A program made the translations under genes and the position numbers. A stretch of 64,000 bases of DNA from Candidatus Moanibacter sp. (GTDB lineage: Bacteria > Verrucomicrobiota > Verrucomicrobiia > Opitutales > UBA2987), in NCBI GenBank assembly GCA_965215885.1, contig CBDCEW010000104.1:96001-160000 (forward strand). Direction: 5' to 3'. Of this stretch, positions 1 through 8,584 are shown in pieces (position 1 is the first letter of the stretch; each line of letters opens with the position of its first letter). Under the pieces are notes generated by a model that did no database searches, had not been told where the DNA came from, and saw only the letters and a program-made list of their open reading frames with translations.

Positions 1-849
1 ACGAATTAGCTCGCGATCCGTATCCTCGTTCCAGCTGTCGAGGTATTCCGGCGAAAAGAGATCGCGTGGTAGGGGAAGGTTGTAGCGCGCCTTGATTATC
101 GATTGCACCGTGATCGAACCCCGTTCGAAGTAACGTACAATCATGGATTGCGCGCGAATCAACGGCTTGTCGGGCGTCCCTACGTTCTTATGGTTCCAAG
201 CCTGGATGGCCTTTATTAACTTTCCACCTCTATCATACTTTTCCGTCGTCAGGTAGCGGCTGTCTTCACGTGCGAAAAACAGGCGTCGCTCGCCGTAGGC
301 GCTATGTTTCTGAATAGCGGGATCTGTGAATCGATCTGAAACGACGTCGCACTCCACCCCATCGACATAACCGAGGGTGTGATTGTAGAATTCGCGGTTC
401 GTCTTATCGTCATCGAGCGCATCTTCAAAGTGCCAGTCTGTAAAAGCGATCGTCTGTGCCATCTCTTCCACCGGGATGCGACGCGCCTTCGCATCCGTTG
501 AAAAATCGCGAAAATACATCTTGAACACTTTGCCCGCCTCCTGGAGAACGAGCAGCGTGCCGCCGGGATCGCTCGTGCTGTCGGTTAACAATCTGAAAAC
601 GCCGCGAACACGCTCTTCATCGTACTGATAGAGGATAAAAAAACGAAAGGTGCGGACGGAACCATCGGCGTTTATCTGCGCTCCACCGTAGAGCTCAACC
701 TGCGAACCTACCAGGAAGGTCTGGTCGAATTGCGCTACTACTTCAGGAGCGGTGTTTCGCGGCAGCCGAAATCCGGCCCCTCCCAGTACCATCAAAACGA
801 GCAGCGCGCATCGAAAAGAGAGCGAACGGCCAAATCCGAATGCGTGCAT
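1..849 (-). CDS. Exported LolA-like (outer-membrane lipoprotein-sorting family) protein, 3' end runs off the window
   Basis: Not in the ORF track because there is no stop in the window. Manual translation from the ATG at 849 gives an open frame MHAFGFGRSLSFRCALLVLMVLGGAG...TDWHFEDAL...YDRGGKLIKAI...YNLPLPRDLFSPEYL: a signal peptide plus motifs typical of LolA-like proteins. Confidence 0.6.
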   Translation of the reverse strand, partial: MHAFGFGRSLSFRCALLVLMVLGGAGFRLPRNTAPEVVAQFDQTFLVGSQVELYGGAQINADGSVRTFRFFILYQYDEERVRGVFRLLTDSTSDPGGTLLVLQEAGKVFKMYFRDFSTDAKARRIPVEEMAQTIAFTDWHFEDALDDDKTNREFYNHTLGYVDGVECDVVSDRFTDPAIQKHSAYGERRLFFAREDSRYLTTEKYDRGGKLIKAIQAWNHKNVGTPDKPLIRAQSMIVRYFERGSITVQSIIKARYNLPLPRDLFSPEYLDSWNEDTDRELIR

Positions 850-1008
850 CTTTTCGTGGGACACGCGAATCGCTGTTTCAGGAGGAAGATTCATAAAGGT
901 GATCCGTTCAGTTCAGGTAAGGCGCCGTTCCACCTACATCCATTCGGGTGGAGATTGTCAAATCGTCTCGGACAAGGCAGCGATTATTCAGCTGTTCGGC
1001 CCTAATCT

Positions 1009-2044
1009 CTGGTTTTTGTTCACTGATTACCCACAGATGCTACCGGGAGAGTCTGCGCGACATCGAAACCTGCCTGCGGGCAGTACAACCAAAACTATAC
1101 CACGCAGGGATTCGAAGCGGAGTATCCAAAAGCACGCTCGCCGATGCCAACGAGAAACGAGACTGGCGCATCTACGCCGACTTTGCACAGGTCCTCATCG
1201 CAATGGCTCGTCCTTTGTATTCAAACGAGGATCTGGGCATCGACCTGGACAATACGCTCTACGCTCTGGACTCCACCACGATCGATCTATGTCTATCACT
1301 CTTCCCGTGGGCACGTTTCCGCAAGCACAAGGGGGCGGTGAAGGTCCATACGCTTCTCGATCTCAGAGGCTCTATCCCTTATTTTATCGAGATTACCGAT
1401 GGAAAAGTGCACGACGTAAACATTCTGGATCTCATCAAGGCCGGTGCTTACTATGTAATGGACCGAGCCTATCTGCATTACGAGCGCCTCTATCGGATCG
1501 CACAATGCGGTTCTTTCTTCGTGAGGCTGCCCCGGTCTTGTGCCGGGGTGGCGCACCGTTGCCCTGGTCAGCTTCTATCCTGCCAAGGCCTACCCCGAAA
1601 GACTCCGGCGTATCACTTACCTCGACCCCGACAGTTCCGAGCGCTTCGTGTTTCTCACCAACCAGTTTGCCCTCCCAGCCATAATCATCACCCAGATTTA
1701 CCGTTTACGCTGGCAGATCGAATTGTTCTTCAAATGGATCAAACAGCACTTGCGCATCAAGAGCTTTTTCGGCACCTCCGAGAATGCTGTGAAGACTCAA
1801 ATCTGGATTGCCGTCAGCGTCTATGTGCTCATCGCCATCATCCGCAAACGCCTTCGCCTGGAGATCAGTTTGCACAAAATCCTACAGATTCTCAGCTTCA
1901 CCCTATTTGAGAAAACTCCTATGACTGAACTACTTACAGAAACCGATTACACTTTCAATGAACACCGCATTCCTAAACAGTTGGAGTTGTTTGACTTATA
2001 ACCGGACAGTACTGGTTTTTGTTCACTGATTACCCACAGATGCT
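1009..2044. repeat. 33-bp exact direct repeat bracketing the IS4 remnant
   Basis: ctggtttttgttcactgattacccacagatgct at 1009-1041 and 2012-2044. Confidence 0.95.
1041..2014 (+). pseudogene. IS4-family (DUF4372 + DDE_Tnp_1 type) transposase remnant, 5'-truncated and internally frameshifted
   Basis: YRESLRDIETCL, ALDSTTIDL and VMDRAY in ORF 948..1910, then YRLRWQIELFFKWIKQ (YREK motif) in ORF 1540..2001. Right end ACCGGACAGTACTG is present; left end is missing. Confidence 0.9.
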
Positions 2045-2650
2045 GAATTGAATCTTCTCTGGCGTACAGCAGAACGGCCTGAGGCGGTGGCCTAACGTTT
2101 AAAGCATGTAGAAGCGGGCTTGGAAAGAACCCACCCCTAATCCCTCCAAGGAGAGGAACCTGTTTAGCGTTTCTGAGGCTGCCCCGGTCTTGTGCCGGGG
2201 TGGCGCACGGTACACAGCTACAATACGCAATTGCCACCGTTTTCCCCCCGCCCGTCCCTTCTCGGCCCAGTCCCGGCGCCCCGGGACTGGGCCGAGAAGG
2301 GACGGGCGGGGGTTGGTAGAGGCACACGGTTTATAGCAGTGAACGCGCGCCCCCCGGCACAAGACCCATAATTACGAAATTGGGTTGGAGAACCCAAAGT
2401 AAATGTTATTCAGGCACTTGCAAGATTCTATTGATTACATAGTATGCCAGAATGGAGTTTCAACGATTGTTGTGTGTGGGTTCGTTAGAGGTAGAGAGCT
2501 TTTCCTGCAGGTTTGTTTTCAGTTAGAAACTTGTTGAGTATTAATCAGTTACAAAAGCGCTTTGAACGGGGAGTTGATTTCTGGTGGCAATTGAGTAGAA
2601 GCGAAGGGAGCTGGAGAAAGTTGGTATTGGCATTGTATGTAAAATAAAGT

Positions 2651-3403
2651 TTGCAGTTTTGCCTCCTTTCCATACTGTGCCGGTGCATGCAAGAAGAGCT
2701 TTCGCGTAAAGAGAGGGAGGTGGTCGAAGCGGTACGGCGGGATCGGGTAAGCACGGTGTGGAGGCTGATGAAGGAGCAGAGGGTGTCGCGGCGAACGGTC
2801 TATCGGGCTTTGCAAAAATATGGCCATTACTCCAGTTACAATGCCAATTGTGGCTACCTGAGCTTGAAAGACATTCCGCGCTTTGACGGGGCCGGTTTGT
2901 GGCGTTTTCGCAAGGGGCGCTTTTCGCGCCACGGCACCTTGGAGGAGACCGTGGAGGCGGTGGTGGGAGCTTCGCTTTGCGGCTACACGGTGGCTGAGTT
3001 GGAGACCCTCCTTGGGGTACGGGTGCACAACCCCATAAGCGTGCTTTGTAGAAAGAAGCGGTTGAGTCGATACTATGAAGGGCGTCACTGCGTGTATGTC
3101 TCGGCCGGGGAACAGGGCGGGGCCGAACAGAAAAAGCGGCGGCAAGGGCGAAGAACAGCGGCACAAGTTCAGGCAGGGGACCCCGGGGGCGCTTTGCAGG
3201 CAGCTCCCGAAGGGCTCGAAACGATGGTCGTGATCGCTTTGCTGGTCGCCTGTATCGGCCATCCCGAGGCCGGGGTCAAGGAGCTTGTCGAGCTTATGCA
3301 AGAGCAGGGAGTAGAGCTGAGCGGGGAGCAAATTGAGCGGGTGATGGCGTTTTACTCGCTCAAAAAAAACCGGACCGATCGCGGTAGCGGAGCTGTTACA
3401 TGA
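2651..3403 (+). CDS. IS ORF A, putative helix-turn-helix DNA-binding protein (start may be ATG 2687)
   Basis: 250-aa ORF inside the TIRs; HTH-like VSRRTVYRAL and YTVAELETLLG; ends just after an A8 run. Confidence 0.7.
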   Translation: MQFCLLSILCRCMQEELSRKEREVVEAVRRDRVSTVWRLMKEQRVSRRTVYRALQKYGHYSSYNANCGYLSLKDIPRFDGAGLWRFRKGRFSRHGTLEETVEAVVGASLCGYTVAELETLLGVRVHNPISVLCRKKRLSRYYEGRHCVYVSAGEQGGAEQKKRRQGRRTAAQVQAGDPGGALQAAPEGLETMVVIALLVACIGHPEAGVKELVELMQEQGVELSGEQIERVMAFYSLKKNRTDRGSGAVT

Positions 3404-3404
3404 T

Positions 3405-5222
3405 TTGCGGGCAGAGGCTGAACGGGCCCTGCAAACGGTGGGGGCTGTGCCTGCGCAAACGAGTTATCGCTTCGATGCCCGGGAGGACGAAGAGGGTCCT
3501 TCAGAGGTGCGCAAGACCCTGCGCCGCAAGGTGGTCAGTTTCTCCTATGGATGCTTCCAGGCGGTGGAAGTTGTGCGCGAGCAGGGGCAAGGGAGCCACC
3601 GCAACAGCTACCGTTCTGCTCGCCTGGAACAGATCGTGCCCTCGCATAGTCGCTACGCTTACGATCTGATTGCCTATGTGGGCAAGCGATGTTTGTGCGA
3701 AAGCGCCACCCTCAAAGAGGTGCACAGGGAACTGCGCGAGGGCCCGGGGCAGCTGCAGATTGCTCAAAGCAGCCTCTATGAGATGCAGCAGAAGTTTCTT
3801 TTTTATCTGGGTCGGCTGCACGCCGCGGCCGCTCCGGTGCTTAAAGATTACCTGAGCGCTCGCCCTTGCCTGCGCTGGCTGGTGGATGGGACCGTGGAAC
3901 CGCAGACGCCGGTTTTCTTCGCTGTTCAGGAAGCCGACGAAGGGATCCTTTTGGGCAGCTGGAAAATGCCTTCCGAACAGAGCGAAACGATCAGTGGCTG
4001 TTTTGCCCGGGCGGCCCGGGCTTTTGGCCAACCCCACCATGTCTATCATGATTTAAGCGCTCAGATCAGCAAGGCCTGCGAGAGCGAAACCTTCCAGGCC
4101 CCCCATGGCGTCTGCCATTATCATTTCGCCCGCAATGTGGGCGAACAGCTTTATCGAAAACCCCAGCAGATGCTCAACGGGCGCTTGCGGCAATTGAAGC
4201 TCATGGAGCGCATGCGCGAGCAACGCAAACACATCACCGCAAAGCTCCGTGACGCCCTCCGTGAAAAACACGCCCTCGTCCTGGCCGATTTGCTCACCGC
4301 CAAAGCGCTCGCAGTGCCCTTCGATCCCACCCTTGCACGGGAACTGCTCATGGCCCTGCAATTGTGGATTTTGGATTATCCCTGCGACGGTCACCGCCAG
4401 GGCTTTCCCTTCGATCCTTACCTGCTTTATTGGCATCGGCGGGTCGTGCGCGCCCATGCCGCCCTGGAGCAGTGGCTTGCCCGCGCTCCTGCCAGTTGCT
4501 CTGTTCTGCGAAGCTTCTTTCATCTTTCGACCGGGTTGAAGCAGTATCTGGCTGATGCCCTCGTCATCGAAGCCGCTACTATCTATGAAAACGCTTTTTG
4601 CATTTTCAGCGCTTTGCGCGATGCCCTTTGGCTCAGCGCCAGCGGCCCCTGCCCTTTAAGCGACCCTTATCTGTTGCAAGCAGGACAAGCCGCTGAGCTC
4701 ACCGAGGCTCTCCAGTTGCTGCGTGCCCAATATCGCCAAAAAGGCGCCTCCCTGACCAACCCCTCGAAAGCCAAACTCTACCGCACCGTGGTCACTCATC
4801 TGGACAAATACTGGCAGCGGCTGCTTCCCCCACCGGCCCATCCAGACAGCGTACGCACGACCAATGAGCTGGAAGGCACCTGGCGCACCTCCAAGCGCAA
4901 ACGCCGTCAAACCCACGGGCGCAAAAATCTGACGCGCGACTTTGAAGCGCTCCCCGAAGAATACATGCTCCTGGCCAACTTACACAATCCCCGCTATGTG
5001 GAGCTGGTTTTAGGCAGTATCGATAATCTGCCCCAAAAGCTTGCCCAGGCTGCACAGAAAGCACCCCCCTTCAGTCACTGGCGGGCGAACAGAAAAACCC
5101 TCGCCGTGGGTCGATTGCCCAAAAAGCTCCTGCGAAAAGAAAACTTCCTTGAGGAACTCTTCGAAGTCTGTAATCGCCAGGATCAATCCTTAAACCCGCA
5201 ACCCCATCGGATTGCCTCCTGA
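3405..5222 (+). CDS. IS ORF B, DDE transposase
   Basis: LVDGT (D1), YHDLS (D2), CHYHF (CxxH), a long helical insertion, RTTNELEG (E). Confidence 0.85.
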   Translation: MRAEAERALQTVGAVPAQTSYRFDAREDEEGPSEVRKTLRRKVVSFSYGCFQAVEVVREQGQGSHRNSYRSARLEQIVPSHSRYAYDLIAYVGKRCLCESATLKEVHRELREGPGQLQIAQSSLYEMQQKFLFYLGRLHAAAAPVLKDYLSARPCLRWLVDGTVEPQTPVFFAVQEADEGILLGSWKMPSEQSETISGCFARAARAFGQPHHVYHDLSAQISKACESETFQAPHGVCHYHFARNVGEQLYRKPQQMLNGRLRQLKLMERMREQRKHITAKLRDALREKHALVLADLLTAKALAVPFDPTLARELLMALQLWILDYPCDGHRQGFPFDPYLLYWHRRVVRAHAALEQWLARAPASCSVLRSFFHLSTGLKQYLADALVIEAATIYENAFCIFSALRDALWLSASGPCPLSDPYLLQAGQAAELTEALQLLRAQYRQKGASLTNPSKAKLYRTVVTHLDKYWQRLLPPPAHPDSVRTTNELEGTWRTSKRKRRQTHGRKNLTRDFEALPEEYMLLANLHNPRYVELVLGSIDNLPQKLAQAAQKAPPFSHWRANRKTLAVGRLPKKLLRKENFLEELFEVCNRQDQSLNPQPHRIAS

Positions 5223-5488
5223 CAACGACTCCAGTGCCCTCCCTCTGCTCCCCATTTTCTTCATGCTCTAACCAGAGAACTCCACGCAATTTGCGTGCCA
5301 ACCGAAATTCAGAACGATGGGCACAAGACCGGGGCAGCCAGCAATCAAGGGCACGCTAAACAGATACAGCGGCAGAGCGAGCTTCCTACCCCTCACTGCC
5401 GAAGGCGCTTAGGTACTGGACGTTGTCCACAAGATCCATTTTCTTTGAAAGAACGGGCACTGGAGGGTTTGGACGATGAGTTACTCCT

Positions 5489-6388
5489 ATGGACGAGGGT
5501 ATTCAGTATTTTGATAGGTATTCAGGGAAGCTTCAAAGGGAGGCAATCTACGGCGAATCCTGGTTGAGGTGGACCTATGGTACGGTTCTGGGTCGATTTT
5601 TTCTCTTTGCCGTTGTTAAAAGGGCTCTCTTCAGTTCATGGTACGGTTGGAGGATGAATGGGGCGGCAAGTCGCAGAAAGATCGTTCCATTCTGTAGGCA
5701 ATTTGGAGTGGACACATCTGAGTTCGAATTTCCGATCGAGGAATATCGGACGTTCAACGATTTCTTTATCCGTCGGCTCAAACAGGAGACCCGCCCGATT
5801 GTAGTGGTTGAAAGGTCCGTGGTATTTCCAGCGGATGGCAGGCACCTTGGATTTCAGAACACAGATAAACTGGATGGCGTATACGTGAAGGGGCAACGCT
5901 TCGATTTGGCGACGTTGATTGGCGATTCGGAAACAGCGCAGCGATACCGCGGCGGCACACTGGTGATTTCTCGCCTTTCACCGGTTGATTGCCACAGATT
6001 CCTGTTTCCGATTGCAGGTATTGCTGGAGAGCCCAGGTCGGTTAACGGTTACCTGCGGTCCGTCAATCCTCTGGTGCTCCGAAATAACGTAGGCATTTTA
6101 TTTGAGAACAGGAGGGTATCTACGGAGATTAAATCAGAGCAGACCGGAAGAGTTCTGATCGTTGAGGTCGGTGCAACCTGCGTGGGGAGTATTCGACAGA
6201 GTTTTACGCCCGGAGCAGCGGTTGCGAAAGGCGAGGAGAAGGGATGTTTTGAGTTTGGAGGGTCCGCGGTCATTGCTCTTTTTGAACCTGGGAAGATCAA
6301 GCTTTCAGAAGATCTCGTGCAACATTCGGAGTCGGGAATCGAGCTCTATGCTCATATGGGTGATGTCATGGGAACAGCCGAGATCTGA
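5489..6388 (+). CDS. psd: Phosphatidylserine decarboxylase proenzyme
   Basis: FNDFFIRRLK, PADGR, RLSPVDCHRF, VGATCVGSI and the FGGS self-cleavage motif. Confidence 0.93.
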   Translation: MDEGIQYFDRYSGKLQREAIYGESWLRWTYGTVLGRFFLFAVVKRALFSSWYGWRMNGAASRRKIVPFCRQFGVDTSEFEFPIEEYRTFNDFFIRRLKQETRPIVVVERSVVFPADGRHLGFQNTDKLDGVYVKGQRFDLATLIGDSETAQRYRGGTLVISRLSPVDCHRFLFPIAGIAGEPRSVNGYLRSVNPLVLRNNVGILFENRRVSTEIKSEQTGRVLIVEVGATCVGSIRQSFTPGAAVAKGEEKGCFEFGGSAVIALFEPGKIKLSEDLVQHSESGIELYAHMGDVMGTAEI

Positions 6389-6418
6389 AGAATCCTCACA
6401 GTGCAGCCGTGCGGCAGG

Positions 6419-6666
6419 TATGTGTTTGGCGTGTTTGAGGCTCCCCCGGCCTCGCTCGGGGTGGCGCCCGGCTTTTGCAGCTGGAGGTCCGCGACTGGAT
6501 CTGCGGACCCCCTCACCCGGCCCTTCTCCCATTGCCGCAGCTTGCGGCAATGGGAGAAGGGCCGGGTGAGGGGGGTTGGTCGTCGGCAGCATTTTGTAGC
6601 ACGGAACCAGCACCACCCCGGCGCGAGACCGGGGGAGCCGGCAACGGAAAGGACGTTAAACAGGTA
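6419..6666. mobile_element. MITE family C, copy 2, with a perfect 33-bp hairpin
   Basis: TA-TGTGTTTGGCGT...ACGTTAAACAGG-TA ends; arms homologous to copy 1; hairpin 6507-6575. Lies between convergent genes. Confidence 0.8.
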
Positions 6667-6712
6667 CTACGGTAGGACGGGATGGGAATTACCAAACTAA
6701 AATACAAAAGCT

Positions 6713-7228
6713 TCATTGGAATTTGAATGCGTCTGAATCAAACCCCCTCTGTTTGAGGGCGTCGATTACAGAATCGATATCGATCTTTGCTCCGGTGGGA
6801 ACACCGTTCATTGCAAACCACTCCTGATTCATCTCGAGGGCCAGCTGAATCTCCTCGCCTCGAGATGCGACGGTTGATTCATCGAAGGGATAGAGAGGAT
6901 ACACTTCACGAAGTATACCTTCGCCCGAGAAGAAACCGATATCGAGAGGAATGGAAGTATTTCGCATCCAGAAGCTCCTTTGGCGGGCATCCCGGTAGAC
7001 GAATAGCATGCCTTGATTCGGATCGAGCGACTTACGGAACATGAGGCCTCGCTCCATTTCCGAAGGTGATACTGCAAGCTGAACCGAGATGATCCTTTCT
7101 CCCAGACCGATTTCAAAATAAGAGTCTGATTTGGCCTGGGTTGGGGGAGGATTGGAGTCGGTCGCTCTATCAGAACAGGCGGCGTTCGCGAGGAGGAGTA
7201 GAACGGAGAGTAGTAGGCGGGAATCCAC
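6713..7228 (-). CDS. DUF192 family (lipo)protein
   Basis: ERGLMFRKSL...GMLFVY...FWMRNTSIPLDIGF...ALEMN; lipobox-like LLANAAC. Probable GTG start at 7228; the longer ORF runs through a MITE remnant. Confidence 0.85.
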   Translation of the reverse strand: MDSRLLLSVLLLLANAACSDRATDSNPPPTQAKSDSYFEIGLGERIISVQLAVSPSEMERGLMFRKSLDPNQGMLFVYRDARQRSFWMRNTSIPLDIGFFSGEGILREVYPLYPFDESTVASRGEEIQLALEMNQEWFAMNGVPTGAKIDIDSVIDALKQRGFDSDAFKFQ

Positions 7229-7404
7229 TTGGATCTCTCTTCCACCAAAGTTCAGTTTCATTTTCTTGTCTCCAGGAGGCTGTCGGCAAAGTCCGACAGG
7301 CTTATAGAATGTACTGGCATGAATTTTTGTTAGTCTTTTTAATCCTGCACTCATATAAAATTGTTCAGAATTTTGAAAGCCCAGTGTGGATTTTGGTGGT
7401 TTAA

Positions 7405-8553
7405 GTGATGGCACGAAGAGTTTCAAAATCCTCGCCTTTACTCTACGCCGATTCCGAACTGAATGCCGATCAGCTGTATTTTGGAAAAGCATTTGTTCCG
7501 GATCGCTTTATATCGTTTGGCATCGGAAAAAGGAAGTATGCCCTGGTAAGCGCGTTGGAGTTTTCCCGGCTGAGGAAAGACTCTGACTTCACCGAGGTGC
7601 TCTCCCTCGAGGAGTGGCAAAAAAGCGCGCGTAAGACATTCAGAAGAAAGAAAGTCGGATTGGTCGAAGTGATTCGCCTCCTGGCTCGCGAATTTGAAAT
7701 TCCGGAGTTTGTAATTTCCGAGGACTTTCCGGCGGGATTGGCTTTCAAACTGAAGGCGGCGAGGGTGAAGCTGAGAATTTCCGAAGGAGCATTATTTCCA
7801 GAGAGGTTGCAAAAGAGCGATGCGGAGGCGCGAGCGATAAAAGTGGGCAATGCCGCGAGCGCGGCCGGTATTCGCGCCGCGGAGAGGCTGCTCCGTGATT
7901 CCCGAATGAAGAATGGGAGACTCGTTTACGCGGGTAGGGCGCTGACCTCGGAACGAGTTCGGCACGCAATCCGGGTTGCGTGCCTGGAACGGGGGGCGGT
8001 TTCCATGCAAACGATCGTGGCGGGGGGCGACCAGGCCTGCGATCCCCATTGTTCTGGCAGTGGGCCACTGCGGGCTGACGAGTTAATTATCGTCGATGTT
8101 TTTCCGAGAGTAGCACACACGGGCTATTTCGGTGATATGACACGGACATTTCTGAAGGGTAGAGCAAGTGAAGCTCAGCGGCGATTGGTGGCGACTGTGA
8201 GGAATGCGCAGCAAAAGGCTTTAGGCGTCATGAAAGCCGGCGTTAGTGGTGCGCGGATTCACAGTATGGTTGAGGACTATTTCGCGAAAGAAGGATTCGA
8301 GACGACTAAGATAGATGGAACGAACGTCGGATTTTTTCATGGCACGGGGCATGGGTTGGGATTGGAGATTCATGAGCCGCCAAGAGTCAGTCGCAAAGGC
8401 CCCCGTTTTAGGGTGGGAATGGTGACATCGGTGGAGCCGGGTCTATATTATCCTGGCTTGGGAGGCTGCCGTATAGAAGACGTCGTTCGTATTCAGCGAG
8501 ATGGTGTGGAGATGCTCTCGAAATATCATTACCGATGGGAGATCAGGAGGTAA
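7405..8553 (+). CDS. Xaa-Pro peptidase (M24 family)
   Basis: IVDVFP, GYFGDMTRT, HGTGHGLGLEIHE, EPGLY, RIED. Confidence 0.93.
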   Translation: MMARRVSKSSPLLYADSELNADQLYFGKAFVPDRFISFGIGKRKYALVSALEFSRLRKDSDFTEVLSLEEWQKSARKTFRRKKVGLVEVIRLLAREFEIPEFVISEDFPAGLAFKLKAARVKLRISEGALFPERLQKSDAEARAIKVGNAASAAGIRAAERLLRDSRMKNGRLVYAGRALTSERVRHAIRVACLERGAVSMQTIVAGGDQACDPHCSGSGPLRADELIIVDVFPRVAHTGYFGDMTRTFLKGRASEAQRRLVATVRNAQQKALGVMKAGVSGARIHSMVEDYFAKEGFETTKIDGTNVGFFHGTGHGLGLEIHEPPRVSRKGPRFRVGMVTSVEPGLYYPGLGGCRIEDVVRIQRDGVEMLSKYHYRWEIRR

Positions 8554-8584
8554 TAGGCGATGGTTGGAAGAATGGACTGTTGTA

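Larger units (their letters stand above)
2366..5320 (+). mobile_element. Intact two-ORF insertion sequence, IS256/MULE-like DDE superfamily, family unassigned
   Basis: Imperfect TIRs: left CCATAATTACGAAATTGGGTTGG; reverse complement of right end CCATCGTTCTGAATTTCGGTTGG. Flanking duplication gcacaagac at 2357-2365 and 5321-5329. Confidence 0.9.
2159..5365. mobile_element. MITE family C, copy 1 (ends CCTGTTTAGCGT...ACGCTAAACAG), interrupted by the 2955-bp IS
   Basis: Left arm 2159-2210; perfect 32-bp hairpin 2245-2312; right arm split between 2345-2365 and 5321-5365. Homologous to 6419-6666 and about 29206-29301. Confidence 0.8.

Noticed and set aside
752..1684. 310-aa plus-strand ORF
   Set aside because: Off-frame overlap of the IS4 remnant and antisense to the 1-849 gene; no recognisable motifs.
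2541..3331. Minus-strand ORFs of 207 and 260 aa inside the IS
   Set aside because: Antisense shadows of ORF A in GC-rich DNA.
6305..6716. Several short ORFs on both strands
   Set aside because: Produced by the GC-rich palindromic MITE; the same peptide appears on both strands.
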